Both the position numbers and the translations under genes were made by a program. DNA of 64,000 bases from an uncultured Candidatus Saccharibacteria bacterium (GTDB taxonomy: Bacteria > Patescibacteriota > Minisyncoccia > Phycocordibacterales > SW-6-46-9), in NCBI GenBank assembly GCA_964534365.1, contig CAZHOI010000001.1:55560-119559 (forward strand), written 5' to 3'. The notes under the pieces are model-generated. The model saw nothing but the letters and a program-made list of their open reading frames with translations. It was not told the origin of the DNA and did not search any database. This document shows, piece by piece, positions 9,874-20,323 of this stretch. The stretch's first letter is position 1, and every line of letters begins with the position of its first letter.

Positions 9874-9947
9874 GGGCCCGTAGCTCATCTGGCTAGAGCG
9901 CCGGTTTTGCATACCGGAGGTGGCAGGTTCGAGTCCTGTCGGGTCCA
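9874..9947 (+). tRNA. tRNA-Ala(TGC)
   Basis: GGGCCCGTAGCTCATCTGGCTAGAGCG-CCGGT TTTGCAT ACCGG-AGGTGGCAGGTTCGAGTCCTGTCGGGTCCA; anticodon TGC; followed by a hairpin+T terminator at ~9959-9986. Confidence 0.95.
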
Positions 9948-10207
9948 CATATAAATTTAGCCCGAACACAAATGTGTTTGGGTTTTAATTTTGACGACAC
10001 TTCAGGGCTCGAAAGACGGAACACACAAAGTCGACCAAAGGTCGTGCGCAAGTCCGGCCAGGAGCCGCTTGTGATCCTGATTTATCGAGAGAACTAGCGA
10101 ACTGACACTGCGAACGGTGCCAAGAAAAGTCGCTTGTGCTCCATGAGAACTCTTTGTCTTCATAACTCTCAGCCAAAATGAAAACTATCGTTTTCAAACT
10201 TTCCGTA

Positions 10208-11470
10208 TCACGTGAATCGTTCTTTACGTTGCTTTGAACGGTGCCAAGTAATGGCAAAACGATGGGCTTCGGCATTTGATCGCAGGATTAAATCTTCGTG
10301 GTTCTGAATAATTTCATTGTCTCCAACATATCCCTTTGGTTTATGACCGACCCCTTTGGTTACTGCCACCACCGGAATAGTTACCCCATTTTTATATAAA
10401 ACTTTTGTAAAAGCGTTAAATTGCGCTTTGCCACCATCAACAACGAATAAATTTGGTAGTGGCCATTCCGTGTGATTAAGCCGTCTTTCAAGCATTTCGC
10501 GCAGTGCTCCAGGATCATTAGATTTTTTAAAACGTTTGATTTTGAATTTGCGGTAACGTGATTTATTAAACAATTGACCTTCCATAACAATCATTACCCC
10601 CACCATATTCTCGCCCATCGTATGCGCGACATCATATGATTCAATACTAAAACTATTATCGGCTTCTGTTGTGGCCTGGATAAAATCATCGTTAATCAGC
10701 GTAGTGTCGTTAATATGATTTAGCGCCCCAATTGTGTTTCGCAATTTCGCTGCTTGTTCAAAATTCATTTCTTTGGCCAGCTGTTTCATATCACGCTCAA
10801 GGCCTTTGATTAGTTTTGATTTTTTACCTTCGAAAAATAAACGCAGGTTATTAATCAGTCGCTGATATTCAGCCTTTTCAATGTCTTTGAAACTGGGGAC
10901 CAGGCCCATCTGTTCATTTAATGGGGAATGGATGCGTTTGCGCTGAACTGGGTCTTTTTTGGCCCGAAATGGAAAGATCTTACGGATCAAGCGCAATGCT
11001 CGTTTTAGGGAATTACCCGAGGTATAGGGACCAAATACATACTTGAATTCATCGGGATCAAATTTGGTAGTCAATTCCTGACCCCGAACCGTAAAAACGC
11101 GGGGAAATTCTTCATCAGTAAAAACTATGTAATTATATGATTTATCATCAACCTGCGAAGTATTACCAACTGGGCGATATTTTTTGATCAAATTTGCTTC
11201 CAGAATCAGAGCTTCCAGAGCTGAATCAGTACCCCGCCATTCTATTACATCAGCATCATCAACCGCCTTTTGCACCAGGGGGGTCCGGGTTTGCCGCAAA
11301 TCACTATTAAAATACGACCTAACCCGATCCCGCAATGATGTAGCCTTGCCAATATAGAGGGGTGATTCTTTTTGTAGGAATAAATACACCCCTGGACTAT
11401 CAGGTAATTTATTAAGTCCGTCCTTTTGCTTTTTTATTTTTCCACATTTATCTGTATGGTCAGTTGACAT
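10208..11470 (-). CDS. uvrC: excinuclease ABC subunit C (short form, no C-terminal HhH visible)
   Basis: GIY-YIG (PGVYLF...YIGKATSLRDRVRSYF), UVR domain (EMNFEQAAKLRN), RNase H-like domain (ESYDVAH, VVDGGKAQ, EAHRFAI). Confidence 0.93.
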   Translation of the reverse strand: MSTDHTDKCGKIKKQKDGLNKLPDSPGVYLFLQKESPLYIGKATSLRDRVRSYFNSDLRQTRTPLVQKAVDDADVIEWRGTDSALEALILEANLIKKYRPVGNTSQVDDKSYNYIVFTDEEFPRVFTVRGQELTTKFDPDEFKYVFGPYTSGNSLKRALRLIRKIFPFRAKKDPVQRKRIHSPLNEQMGLVPSFKDIEKAEYQRLINNLRLFFEGKKSKLIKGLERDMKQLAKEMNFEQAAKLRNTIGALNHINDTTLINDDFIQATTEADNSFSIESYDVAHTMGENMVGVMIVMEGQLFNKSRYRKFKIKRFKKSNDPGALREMLERRLNHTEWPLPNLFVVDGGKAQFNAFTKVLYKNGVTIPVVAVTKGVGHKPKGYVGDNEIIQNHEDLILRSNAEAHRFAITWHRSKQRKERFT

Positions 11471-11561
11471 ATATAAATTTAATACCTATTATAACTTTTA
11501 CACCGAGAAGGGACAGTTGACCAATCCGAGGTCAATGCTCCACTCCGGAGCGTCCTTTCTC
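11464..11561 (+). promoter_or_regulatory. sigma70-like promoter plus folded 5' leader
   Basis: TTGACA-17-TATTAT (11464-11492), then GAGAAGGGAC...GTCCTTTCTC enclosing two hairpins (TTGACC/GGTCAA, GCTCC/GGAGC). Confidence 0.5.
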
Positions 11562-11583
11562 ATCATCTACCCCCTCTATCCTA

Positions 11584-11928
11584 ATGGCTTCTCAAGCCAA
11601 ACGCTCACGCTCCGCTACTGACCATCGCGTCCTTCGTCAGCAGAGGAAACTGCGTCGAAGGCGTGCCCGACAGCTGATCCGAGAAGGGATCGAGCTGTAC
11701 TTCAGCAAAAACGACACTTCTGCGACCTACTCAAGTGGCGCGTCTTCCGTACTCGTCTACTGCGAGTGTCGCTCGGGCGGGCTGTGCATTGGTGACGAAG
11801 AGTGCAGAGGCGCAGCTGAGCTCATGGCCCTCCAAGGTGAGATGGAGCTCACTGACGTTCTCTTGGAGGACGTCGATGTCGATCTCTACATTCTCGCCAC
11901 CGAAGACACCGAGCTCGATCATGCCTAA
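11584..11928 (+). CDS. hypothetical GC-rich protein (basic N-terminus, Cys cluster, acidic C-terminus)
   Basis: 114-aa ORF with promoter and C-rich leader; GC-rich (39/60 in line 11761). Confidence 0.6.
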   Translation: MASQAKRSRSATDHRVLRQQRKLRRRRARQLIREGIELYFSKNDTSATYSSGASSVLVYCECRSGGLCIGDEECRGAAELMALQGEMELTDVLLEDVDVDLYILATEDTELDHA

Positions 11929-12028
11929 AGGAAAGGCTCGATCGCAGCTCAAGCGGAGCAAAAAGCTCAGGAAGCGCAAACGACGCGAAGCCGCGCAACG
12001 CTCTGCTAGTCATAACAAAAAGCGCTGA
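11921..12028 (+). CDS. small highly basic peptide (35 aa)
   Basis: ATG at 11921 overlaps the end of the upstream ORF: MPKGKARSQLKRSKKLRKRKRREAAQRSASHNKKR*; followed by hairpins and a terminator at ~12122-12151. Confidence 0.5.
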   Translation: MPKGKARSQLKRSKKLRKRKRREAAQRSASHNKKR

Positions 12029-12141
12029 TCCCACCAGCTGAGGGTCGGAGGTCAATTGCGTCTAACGCGATGCCTCCGGCCCTTGGCGGCCCTCCCTCCC
12101 TAGGAATAAAGATGACGAACCTAACCCATCTACGGATGCGG

Positions 12142-14793
12142 TTATTTTTTTGCTTTGATTTTCCGTGATTTAGATTTGGAAAGCATTTTGGACAAGTATT
12201 TACCGGTATAACTACCATCAGTATCTGCCACTTCCTCGGGAGTCCCAGTGGCAATTACCTGGCCGCCGTTTTTACCACCTTCCGGCCCCATATCAATTAC
12301 GTAATCAGCGCATTTAATCAAATCAAGGTTGTGCTCGATCACAACTACCGTATTACCCTGCTGGACTAGCTTGTCCAAAATTTGAATTAGTTTTCGAACG
12401 TCTTCGTAATGTAATCCAACCGTAGGCTCGTCAAGTAAATAGATAGTTTTTTCAGTATGACGACGATATAACTCGGACGATATTTTTATTCGCTGGGCTT
12501 CCCCACCAGATAGTGTTGTAGCCGACTGACCTAGCTTCAAATAACCCAATCCGGTTTGATCCAATACACGCAGGCGATCATGAATTGCCGGAATATCATT
12601 AAAGAATTCAAGGGCTTCTTCGATAGTCATTTCTAATACATCGTAGATATTTTTATTCTTATAGGTCACTTCTAATGTTTCGGATTGGTAGCGCTTTCCT
12701 CCACATACATCACACGGTACATAAACTGTCGGTAAAAAATGCATTTCAATTGCTTGAACCCCTTTTCCTTGACACGCTTCACATCTTCCGCCTTTGACAT
12801 TAAATGAAAATCGGCCAACAGACCAACCACGCACCTTGGCTTCACTAGTTGAGGCAAATAAATCGCGAATGTGATTGAAAGCACCCGTATAGGTAGCTGG
12901 ATTTGATCGACTAGTTCGACCAATTGGAGATTGATCAATTGTGACCATCCGTGACATATATTCCGAACCACTAAACTTTGCTGCGTTAATGACTTCGGTA
13001 GATTTATCACGACGATCAAGCGAACGCTTTAAATTTTTCTCGACCACGTCATAAAGCATGGTAGATTTTCCTGACCCTGATACCCCAGTGACACAAACAA
13101 ATCGGCCCAACGGAATTTCTAGATTGACATTCTCTAGGTTATGTTTATTAGCTCCAACCACTTTAATTGCGCCTTTGGTAGAACTACGACGTTTGTCAGG
13201 GATAGGTATTTCAACTTCACCCCGTAAGTAAGATAATGTAAGTGAATCTGAAGTATTAGTTTCAGCGTCCATTAGTTTGTTCAAGTCATCAGCCACAATA
13301 ACTTCTCCACCATGTCGTCCGGCACCAGGTCCGATATCAATCAAATAGTCGGCGGCCGCAATGGTGTCTTCATCGTGCTCAACCACTAAAATTGTATTAC
13401 CCAAATCTCGTAGATCCAGCAGAGTTTTAATTAACCGATCGTTATCGCGTTGATGCAGGCCAATGGTTGGTTCGTCCAAAACATATAATGCACCTACCAG
13501 TTTAGACCCCAATTGTGATGCCAGTCTAATTCGTTGAGCCTCGCCGCCAGATAAGGTATTAGCCCTACGATCCAGGGTTAAGTATTCAATGCCGACATTC
13601 GACATAAATTTCAGACGTTCTTCGATTTCTCGCAAAATAGGTTCAGCAATTTCTGCGTTTTTTTCATTTAGTTTCAGACCTATCAACCATTCTTCGGCGT
13701 CTTCGACCGACATCGCCACAAAATCCGCGATGTTTGATCGACCGCCTTTTTCGTGATGCAGGAATACGTATAGCGCTTCTTCGCGCAATCTGGCACCCCC
13801 ACAGGTAGCACAAGGTTCTGTTCCCTTGAAGTGTTTGGTTCCTAAACCACGGCAAATTGGACACGCACCATATGGTGAATTGAATGAGAACAACCTTGGT
13901 TCGACCTCAGGAAACGAGTACCCTGAATAAGGGTCGGTAAAGCTAGTCGAGAACAACGAACCATATCGGGCCTGTTCCGGTCCTTTTTCATCATCTGACA
14001 GCTCTTCACCTTCCCGGGCTGTGCGTTGGGGCATTTCGTCACCGGGAAATACTACCCGCACTAACCCATCTGCTTCGTTCAATGCGTTTTCGATTGCTTC
14101 GGACAGTCGTTCTTCAGCAAATTTTTGGTCAGAATGAAATTCTGACACATCTACTGCGTCGATAAATAAATCAATATTATGAGTTTTTTTCTTGTCGAGG
14201 ATAATTTGGTCGCGCAGAGACTGCTCGTGACCATCAATCAACACGTTCGAATAGCCTTTACCCAACAGGTCATATAGCATTTGATAATATTCACCCTTAC
14301 GACCCCTTACGATCGGAGCATATATTTTTACCAAGCCGTCATCTTTGTTATCCAGCTGGGTGATTTTATCAATAATGATATTTTTGATTTCCTCGTTAGT
14401 CAGTCTAACTATTGGTTCACCAGACACGGGTGAATAAGGCGTCCCTACCCTGGCATATAGAACCCGCAAATAGTCATAAATTTCTGTAATCGTGGCTACA
14501 GTTGATCGGGGATTTCGAGAGCCGGTTTTTTGATCAATCGATATCGCTGGTGATAGTCCAGTAATTTCGTCCACATCAGGTTTTTGCATTTGATCCAAAA
14601 ATTGCCGGGCATATGATGACAGTGATTCAACATAACGACGTTGACCTTCGGCAAATATAGTATCAAAGGCCAGTGATGATTTGCCAGAACCAGATAGACC
14701 GGTAACAACTACCATTTTGTTTCGTGGCATCTCGACTGAAATATTTTTTAAATTGTGAGTGCGTGCCCCGGTTACTTTGATTTTATCTTCCAT
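12142..14793 (-). CDS. uvrA: excinuclease ABC subunit A
   Basis: GARTHNLKN, two Walker A motifs ([18 protein letters not shown]), LSGGEAQRI twice, [15 protein letters not shown]. Confidence 0.98.
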   Translation of the reverse strand: MEDKIKVTGARTHNLKNISVEMPRNKMVVVTGLSGSGKSSLAFDTIFAEGQRRYVESLSSYARQFLDQMQKPDVDEITGLSPAISIDQKTGSRNPRSTVATITEIYDYLRVLYARVGTPYSPVSGEPIVRLTNEEIKNIIIDKITQLDNKDDGLVKIYAPIVRGRKGEYYQMLYDLLGKGYSNVLIDGHEQSLRDQIILDKKKTHNIDLFIDAVDVSEFHSDQKFAEERLSEAIENALNEADGLVRVVFPGDEMPQRTAREGEELSDDEKGPEQARYGSLFSTSFTDPYSGYSFPEVEPRLFSFNSPYGACPICRGLGTKHFKGTEPCATCGGARLREEALYVFLHHEKGGRSNIADFVAMSVEDAEEWLIGLKLNEKNAEIAEPILREIEERLKFMSNVGIEYLTLDRRANTLSGGEAQRIRLASQLGSKLVGALYVLDEPTIGLHQRDNDRLIKTLLDLRDLGNTILVVEHDEDTIAAADYLIDIGPGAGRHGGEVIVADDLNKLMDAETNTSDSLTLSYLRGEVEIPIPDKRRSSTKGAIKVVGANKHNLENVNLEIPLGRFVCVTGVSGSGKSTMLYDVVEKNLKRSLDRRDKSTEVINAAKFSGSEYMSRMVTIDQSPIGRTSRSNPATYTGAFNHIRDLFASTSEAKVRGWSVGRFSFNVKGGRCEACQGKGVQAIEMHFLPTVYVPCDVCGGKRYQSETLEVTYKNKNIYDVLEMTIEEALEFFNDIPAIHDRLRVLDQTGLGYLKLGQSATTLSGGEAQRIKISSELYRRHTEKTIYLLDEPTVGLHYEDVRKLIQILDKLVQQGNTVVVIEHNLDLIKCADYVIDMGPEGGKNGGQVIATGTPEEVADTDGSYTGKYLSKMLSKSKSRKIKAKK

Positions 14794-14849
14794 AATACAA
14801 AAAGTGCAGAAATTTGATTATAATGCGAACGATCAGACACTTCAATCGA

Positions 14850-16922
14850 CTATTTATTTTTTCGTCGTGGTCCTCCTTTTTCTAGTCGGTCCATTTCTTT
14901 CTTTAGCGCTATTAATTCGTCGCGCAATACCGCCGCTGTTTCAAAGTCTAATTCCTTGACCGCTTCAGACATCTGTTTTTCTTTTTGTCGAATAAACTTC
15001 AGCGGATTTTTTGCAAATAAAGCATTATCGACAGTCAGTAATTCTTGAACCGCTTTATCGTGACGAGACTGCAACTGTTGAGTAATATCAGATATTTTCT
15101 TGGCAATTGTTTTTGGCGTAATGCCGTGTTTTTTGTTGTAAGCTAACTGAATTTCACGCCGGCGTTCTGTTTCCTCGATAGCAGCTTTCAAAGATGTGTC
15201 TTCGCCTACCGTATCGGCATATAACAGAACACGCCCATTCGCGTTACGGGCTGCCCGTCCGATGGTTTGAATTAGTGACGTTTCAGATCGCAGAAATCCT
15301 TCTTTATCAGCATCCAATATACCGATCAAAGCAACCTCGGGTAGATCGAGGCCTTCACGAAGCAAGTTTACACCTACCAATACATCAAAATCGCCTTTAC
15401 GCAATTCAGTCAGGATTTCGATCCGTTCCAATGTATCAATTTCGGAATGTAAATATTTAGTATTCATGCCCCGTTCATTTAAAAATTCAGACATGTCTTC
15501 AGCCATGCGTTTAGTTAAAGTAGTAGCCAAGACTCGATAACCAGCATCAATTGTTTTTTTCGCTTCGGCAATAAAATGCTTGACCTGTCCTGGATAATCA
15601 TCACCTTTCTGTTCGTTCACAGGCAGAACATCGATGACTGGGTCTACTAATCCAGTTGGCCTGATGATTTGCTCGACTACTTGAGTTGATTTTTCCTTCT
15701 CGTAATCTTTTGGAGTAGCAGAAACATAGATAGTCTGGCCAGTACGTTCAATAAATTCATCATAAGTTAATGGTCGGTTATCTAGCGCTGACGGCAGCCG
15801 GAAACCATGATCTACCAGGGTCTCCTTGCGAGCCCGATCACCTGCATACATTCCGCCAATTTGCGGAACGGTTACGTGCGATTCATCAATAACAGTCAAA
15901 AAATCAGGTTGACCATTTTTCTTTCTATTTTTTTTGGGAAAAAAAGACAATAATGAATTTGACGGCTCTCCAGCGACCCTGCCATCAAAGTGTCGTGAAT
16001 AATTTTCAATCCCGTTACAAAAACCAATTTCGCGAATTAGTGCTAAATCATATTGAGTTCGCCGTTTTAGTCGTTGATATTCCAAAATGGCTCCTTCTTC
16101 TTCTAATTCTTTGAGTCGCTCTTGCAATTCATGTTCGATATCTTTTAATGCCCGCTGACGATCGTCTTCGGAAGTCACATAGTGTTTTGCGGGAAAGAAA
16201 AATAAGGCGTCACGTTCACCAATCTCCTCACGAGTTATCGCATTGATTTCGATAATTTTATCAATTGTACCGACGCCAAATTCCATTCGAAAAACTGTTT
16301 TTTCATTTACTGGCATGATTTCAACTGCGTTTCCTACCGCTCGAAATAATCCTGGCTTCAAATCAGCGTTGGTGCGCTCGTAATATATATCAACTAATTT
16401 TCTAATAAATAGTCCTCGTGTAAGTTTTTCGCCAACCACTGCTTTGATATTTTGTCGCTCGTACTCTTCGGGTGATCCCAGACCATAAATACATGATACT
16501 GATGCTACAATTATTACATCTTTACGAGTAAGTAGAGCCTGAGTGGAAGCATGACGTAGGCGCTCGATTTCTTCGTTAATTTGCGATTCCTTTTCAATAT
16601 AAGTATCGCTGGTTGGTACATACGCTTCGGGTTGGTAGTAATCGTAATAAGATACAAAGTAATGCACTGCATTATTGGGAAATAACTCGCGAAACTCCTG
16701 GGCCAATTGCGCGGCCAAGGTTTTATTGTGCGCAATCACCAAAGTCGGTTTTTGTACTTTTTGAATTACATTAGCTATCGTAAAGGTTTTACCGGTACCG
16801 GTAGCCCCCAGCAAGGTTTGATAATCGTCCCCTCGCCGCAATCCTTTAACTAAATTTTCAATTGCCTTTGGTTGATCACCAGCTGGTGAAAATTCTGTTT
16901 TTAGTTCAAATTTTTTTGACAT
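14850..16922 (-). CDS. uvrB: excinuclease ABC subunit B
   Basis: PAGDQPKAI, GATGTGKTFT, YYDYYQPEAY, DESH, GRAARN, C-terminal UVR domain. Confidence 0.98.
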   Translation of the reverse strand: MSKKFELKTEFSPAGDQPKAIENLVKGLRRGDDYQTLLGATGTGKTFTIANVIQKVQKPTLVIAHNKTLAAQLAQEFRELFPNNAVHYFVSYYDYYQPEAYVPTSDTYIEKESQINEEIERLRHASTQALLTRKDVIIVASVSCIYGLGSPEEYERQNIKAVVGEKLTRGLFIRKLVDIYYERTNADLKPGLFRAVGNAVEIMPVNEKTVFRMEFGVGTIDKIIEINAITREEIGERDALFFFPAKHYVTSEDDRQRALKDIEHELQERLKELEEEGAILEYQRLKRRTQYDLALIREIGFCNGIENYSRHFDGRVAGEPSNSLLSFFPKKNRKKNGQPDFLTVIDESHVTVPQIGGMYAGDRARKETLVDHGFRLPSALDNRPLTYDEFIERTGQTIYVSATPKDYEKEKSTQVVEQIIRPTGLVDPVIDVLPVNEQKGDDYPGQVKHFIAEAKKTIDAGYRVLATTLTKRMAEDMSEFLNERGMNTKYLHSEIDTLERIEILTELRKGDFDVLVGVNLLREGLDLPEVALIGILDADKEGFLRSETSLIQTIGRAARNANGRVLLYADTVGEDTSLKAAIEETERRREIQLAYNKKHGITPKTIAKKISDITQQLQSRHDKAVQELLTVDNALFAKNPLKFIRQKEKQMSEAVKELDFETAAVLRDELIALKKEMDRLEKGGPRRKNK

Positions 16923-17050
16923 TTAATTTTATGATGAGGTTTTACTCAATTATTAAAAATTTACCAAGACATAAATATGATTTCAGCCTCCTTGCGACAC
17001 CTGGCCGATCATAATGAAATTGTTAGTTATTTACTGTCAATGCAATTCGT

Positions 17051-17275
17051 TTAATCTACGTCTGATTTTTCACTTGTTATTTTTACCTCGCCTTCGGTTG
17101 GTAATACCCAAGCCAGTATCAAATACAATAGTAATCCTGGGAAAAAGCTAGTTATTAAAATAAATAAAAACCAGATGATTCGCGAAATTGTTACGTCAAT
17201 TCCTAAATAATTAGCAGTTCCAGCAGCAACTCCAAAAATTTTTTTATCGCTAGTTGATTTATACAGTTTTTTCAT
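17051..17275 (-). CDS. PspC domain-containing protein
   Basis: KKLYKSTSDKKIFGVAAGTANYLGIDVTISRI...YLILAWVLP is the PspC pattern. Confidence 0.85.
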   Translation of the reverse strand: MKKLYKSTSDKKIFGVAAGTANYLGIDVTISRIIWFLFILITSFFPGLLLYLILAWVLPTEGEVKITSEKSDVD

Positions 17276-17421
17276 CCTCGTTATTTTAACAAATATTGAT
17301 CGATATTATAAGTCGTAAATCTACCAGGAACATTTAAATCTTCTTGTCTAATGATCTTTTACAATAATAATGTATTGATGAGGAAGTTGGTGTTGTGAAA
17401 GGTCCACTATTTTAGTAATTA

Positions 17422-18651
17422 CTAGCTAGTATATTTATTCAGAAATCCGTCTCTAAAGTCTTTGTAAATGTTGTTATTAATTGAATCACGAATATTTTTA
17501 GTCAATTTCAGCAGAAAGTAAACATTGGCTTCAGATAACAGCATTGAACCTAATATTTCGCGGGCTTTGAATAAATGGTGAATATAACCGGCGGTATAGG
17601 TTGTATTTTTAAACCAATTATTGTGCTTGGACATTGGGTCAGTGCTACCTTTAGCCCAAGATTTGGTAAAGTCCATTTTGCCTTGATCAGTGTATAAAGT
17701 ACCGACGCGACCCAATCTGGTCGGTGCCACACAATCAAATGTATCAATTCCCTGCTCGACGGCCGCAAAAATATCCTCGGGCTCGCCAATTCCTAGTAAA
17801 TGTCGCGGTTTATTATCTGGCAAAATTTCATTCACTACCCGCAAACTTTCACCTAAGTCTTCTTTAGAAAATGATCCACCAATGCCATAACCAGCAAATC
17901 CTTTAGCTGCAAAGTAACTTGCGGATTTTTGCCGCAGGTCTGCAAAACGACCACCTTGTATTACTCCATATAAGCCTTGTTTTTGCGAAGCTTTTACATT
18001 CTGTAAATGAGCCTTCAGTGATCGATCGGCCCAATTATGGGTTCTCTCTAATGCTTCTAGCTGATAGTCGTACTTGGCAGTAGGTGATGTGCATTCGTCA
18101 AAAGCGACTATAATATCCGCCCCTAATTCATGCTGAATCTCGACTGATCGCTCGGCACTAAATCTATGCAGCGAGCCATCGATGTGCGACGTAAAGGTTA
18201 CACCTTCGTTATCGACAATACATAACTGTCCGTGCTGGGCTGCTTGTTCCCTTGCATATACGTTTAAACCTGTGCGCTGATCTGAATTATTTACATCACC
18301 CTTGGCAAATTTTGTAACTCCTTTGCCAAACGCTGCCCCCAAGGAAAAAACTTGGAATCCTCCTGAATCTGTCATGATGGGACCATCAAAATTCATAAAA
18401 TTATGCAACCCACCATGCTCGGCTACAATTTTTGATCCCGGTTGTAAAAATAAGTGGTAAGTATTAGATAGCAAACCTTGTAAGCCTAGATTACTGAATT
18501 TATCGGATCCAATTCCCTTTAAAGTTGCTTTGGTTCCAACTGGTAAAAAAGCTGGTGTTTCGATTTTGCCATGTGGGGTATGTAAAATACCGGACCTTCC
18601 CAGTCCGGTATTAATCCGATTTATAATCTCAAATTTTATAGGGTCAATCAC
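17422..18651 (-). CDS. tgt: tRNA-guanine transglycosylase
   Basis: TPAFLPVGT, NTYHL, TDSGGFQVFSL, AFDEC, KPRHLLGIG, DTFDCVAPTR. Confidence 0.95.
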   Translation of the reverse strand: MIDPIKFEIINRINTGLGRSGILHTPHGKIETPAFLPVGTKATLKGIGSDKFSNLGLQGLLSNTYHLFLQPGSKIVAEHGGLHNFMNFDGPIMTDSGGFQVFSLGAAFGKGVTKFAKGDVNNSDQRTGLNVYAREQAAQHGQLCIVDNEGVTFTSHIDGSLHRFSAERSVEIQHELGADIIVAFDECTSPTAKYDYQLEALERTHNWADRSLKAHLQNVKASQKQGLYGVIQGGRFADLRQKSASYFAAKGFAGYGIGGSFSKEDLGESLRVVNEILPDNKPRHLLGIGEPEDIFAAVEQGIDTFDCVAPTRLGRVGTLYTDQGKMDFTKSWAKGSTDPMSKHNNWFKNTTYTAGYIHHLFKAREILGSMLLSEANVYFLLKLTKNIRDSINNNIYKDFRDGFLNKYTS

Positions 18652-19193
18652 TATTGTTGCGGTAAAGCCTGGAGTTGCTCGGCGGTAATTACTTCTACTA
18701 CCTCGACCCCAAATACCAAATCAGCGTTGGCGGGAATCGGACCGCCAGGCGTACCTACTTCTCCGTATGCCAAATCAGATGGAATTACTAGCAAACGCAG
18801 CTCGCCTGGTTGGACACCAATTAATCCTTGCTCCCAACCTTGAATAACTTGTCCTTGTCCTAACTGAACCGGAAATGGTTGACCGCGATCGTATGAAGTG
18901 TCGAATTGCTCGCCAGTTTCTTGCAACCAGCCACGATAATGAACAATTACTACATCACCGACCTCGGCAGCTTCGCCCTCACCTGGCTCCAAGGTAATAA
19001 CTTGTAGTTCATCGCTAGCCTCAACGGCTGGTATATCTTCATCAATTCTGGTTTCATCAGTCATTGGTTCTTGATTATTAGTAACTTCATCCGTTTGTAA
19101 TAAACCGCCTGTTAGTCCGTAAAATAGCGCTGCCACTACTAGTGCAAGACCAACCACTACGGCTACCCACTCTTCTGTTTGTAATTTTTTCAT
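18651..19193 (-). CDS. FKBP-type peptidyl-prolyl cis-trans isomerase, membrane anchored
   Basis: N-terminal TM; VHYRGWL...FDTSYDRGQPF...VIQGWEQGL...IPSDLAYG. Confidence 0.93.
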   Translation of the reverse strand: MKKLQTEEWVAVVVGLALVVAALFYGLTGGLLQTDEVTNNQEPMTDETRIDEDIPAVEASDELQVITLEPGEGEAAEVGDVVIVHYRGWLQETGEQFDTSYDRGQPFPVQLGQGQVIQGWEQGLIGVQPGELRLLVIPSDLAYGEVGTPGGPIPANADLVFGVEVVEVITAEQLQALPQQ

Positions 19194-19227
19194 ACTGTTG
19201 TTAAGTGTAACCTAAAAGCTCGGTATT

Positions 19228-19761
19228 CTACAACTGATTGTGTCGAATCCAGTTTTGCTTCATTGCCAGGATAAATTCTTTATTCTTGATTGGATTAGGA
19301 GTTAAGGGAAAAATGAACTCTTGCTCGGTTCCAGCGGTTTGCACGGTAATAGTGCCAAAATTAAGCAGTGTCGCAACTACCCCCACGCTCTCGACAGTTG
19401 CATCTTGTATTTTTGGGTACCTGGCTGATGAGACTTCACGCGAAAAGAAATCTCGCTGATCAACATCGATAATGCGTTTATTTGTAATAACCCATTTATC
19501 TAAATAATAATCAGTAAATCTGGTGAATAAAATAATCCACAAAAATAATAGCCATAACAGATACCAAAAAGCCTGCAAATTGGGGTCAAAAGTGAAGTTA
19601 AAATCAAAATTGGCCGGTAGCAAGTTAAAAACCCAATCCATCAAAATGAGAATTAAATTAGGCGAGATAGCCAATATTAAAATTAAGGTGGCTTGTAAAA
19701 TAATATAAAACGGATGTTTTCGAATCACTTTAATAATCTGCTCGCCATTCTCTAATTTCAT
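19228..19761 (-). CDS. membrane protein with bacterial PH domain
   Basis: Two TMs, then WVITNKRII...KIQDATV...LLNFGTITVQTAG. Confidence 0.8.
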   Translation of the reverse strand: MKLENGEQIIKVIRKHPFYIILQATLILILAISPNLILILMDWVFNLLPANFDFNFTFDPNLQAFWYLLWLLFLWIILFTRFTDYYLDKWVITNKRIIDVDQRDFFSREVSSARYPKIQDATVESVGVVATLLNFGTITVQTAGTEQEFIFPLTPNPIKNKEFILAMKQNWIRHNQL

Positions 19762-19767
19762 AATAGT

Positions 19768-20028
19768 TTAAGCCGTTATTAGGTAATTGCTCAGCAAATT
19801 TGCCGCACCTCCAATTAATAAAGTTAATACTATTGCATTGACTGATATTATAATCGGGGTTAATTTGTTTTGAGTTTCATAACGCAGCCAATGATAGCTG
19901 ATGGTTAGAAAAAAAATGGCGGCTATAATTCCTAAACCAGCTAATAAATACCATAAAAAACCCTCCATCCCGGGCCAAGTAATAAATTGATTATTCGAAA
20001 GTGAATTTGGTAATTCAATTGGATTCAT
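19768..20028 (-). CDS. hypothetical membrane protein
   Basis: Two hydrophobic helices; tight operon spacing. Confidence 0.7.
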   Translation of the reverse strand: MNPIELPNSLSNNQFITWPGMEGFLWYLLAGLGIIAAIFFLTISYHWLRYETQNKLTPIIISVNAIVLTLLIGGAANLLSNYLITA

Positions 20029-20309
20029 GATCGGTTATGATGTCGTCCCCCGACCAACATTTCAGCCGCTGTTTTCAAAGCCCGACGCCGTCCCACCAGT
20101 CCTAGCATTAGCATAAATAACGAGCTCTTACCCTTTAGTTTTGTTTTAACAACATCATAGTCGGATCGTAATTTATCGATGTCATAATGTAGTGACTCCA
20201 TAAAGGCGCGAAGTTCACGAAAAAATCGGTAGGCAATAAATAGTGCTGCCACTAGAATAATGTTTAAAATCAGTAGCAGTCCTATTAATACCATCAACAA
20301 GGTTTCCAT
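20025..20309 (-). CDS. hypothetical membrane-anchored protein
   Basis: N-terminal TM, coiled region; overlaps the next start (ATGA). Confidence 0.7.
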   Translation of the reverse strand: METLLMVLIGLLLILNIILVAALFIAYRFFRELRAFMESLHYDIDKLRSDYDVVKTKLKGKSSLFMLMLGLVGRRRALKTAAEMLVGGRHHNRS

Positions 20310-20323
20310 AAATATATTATAAC

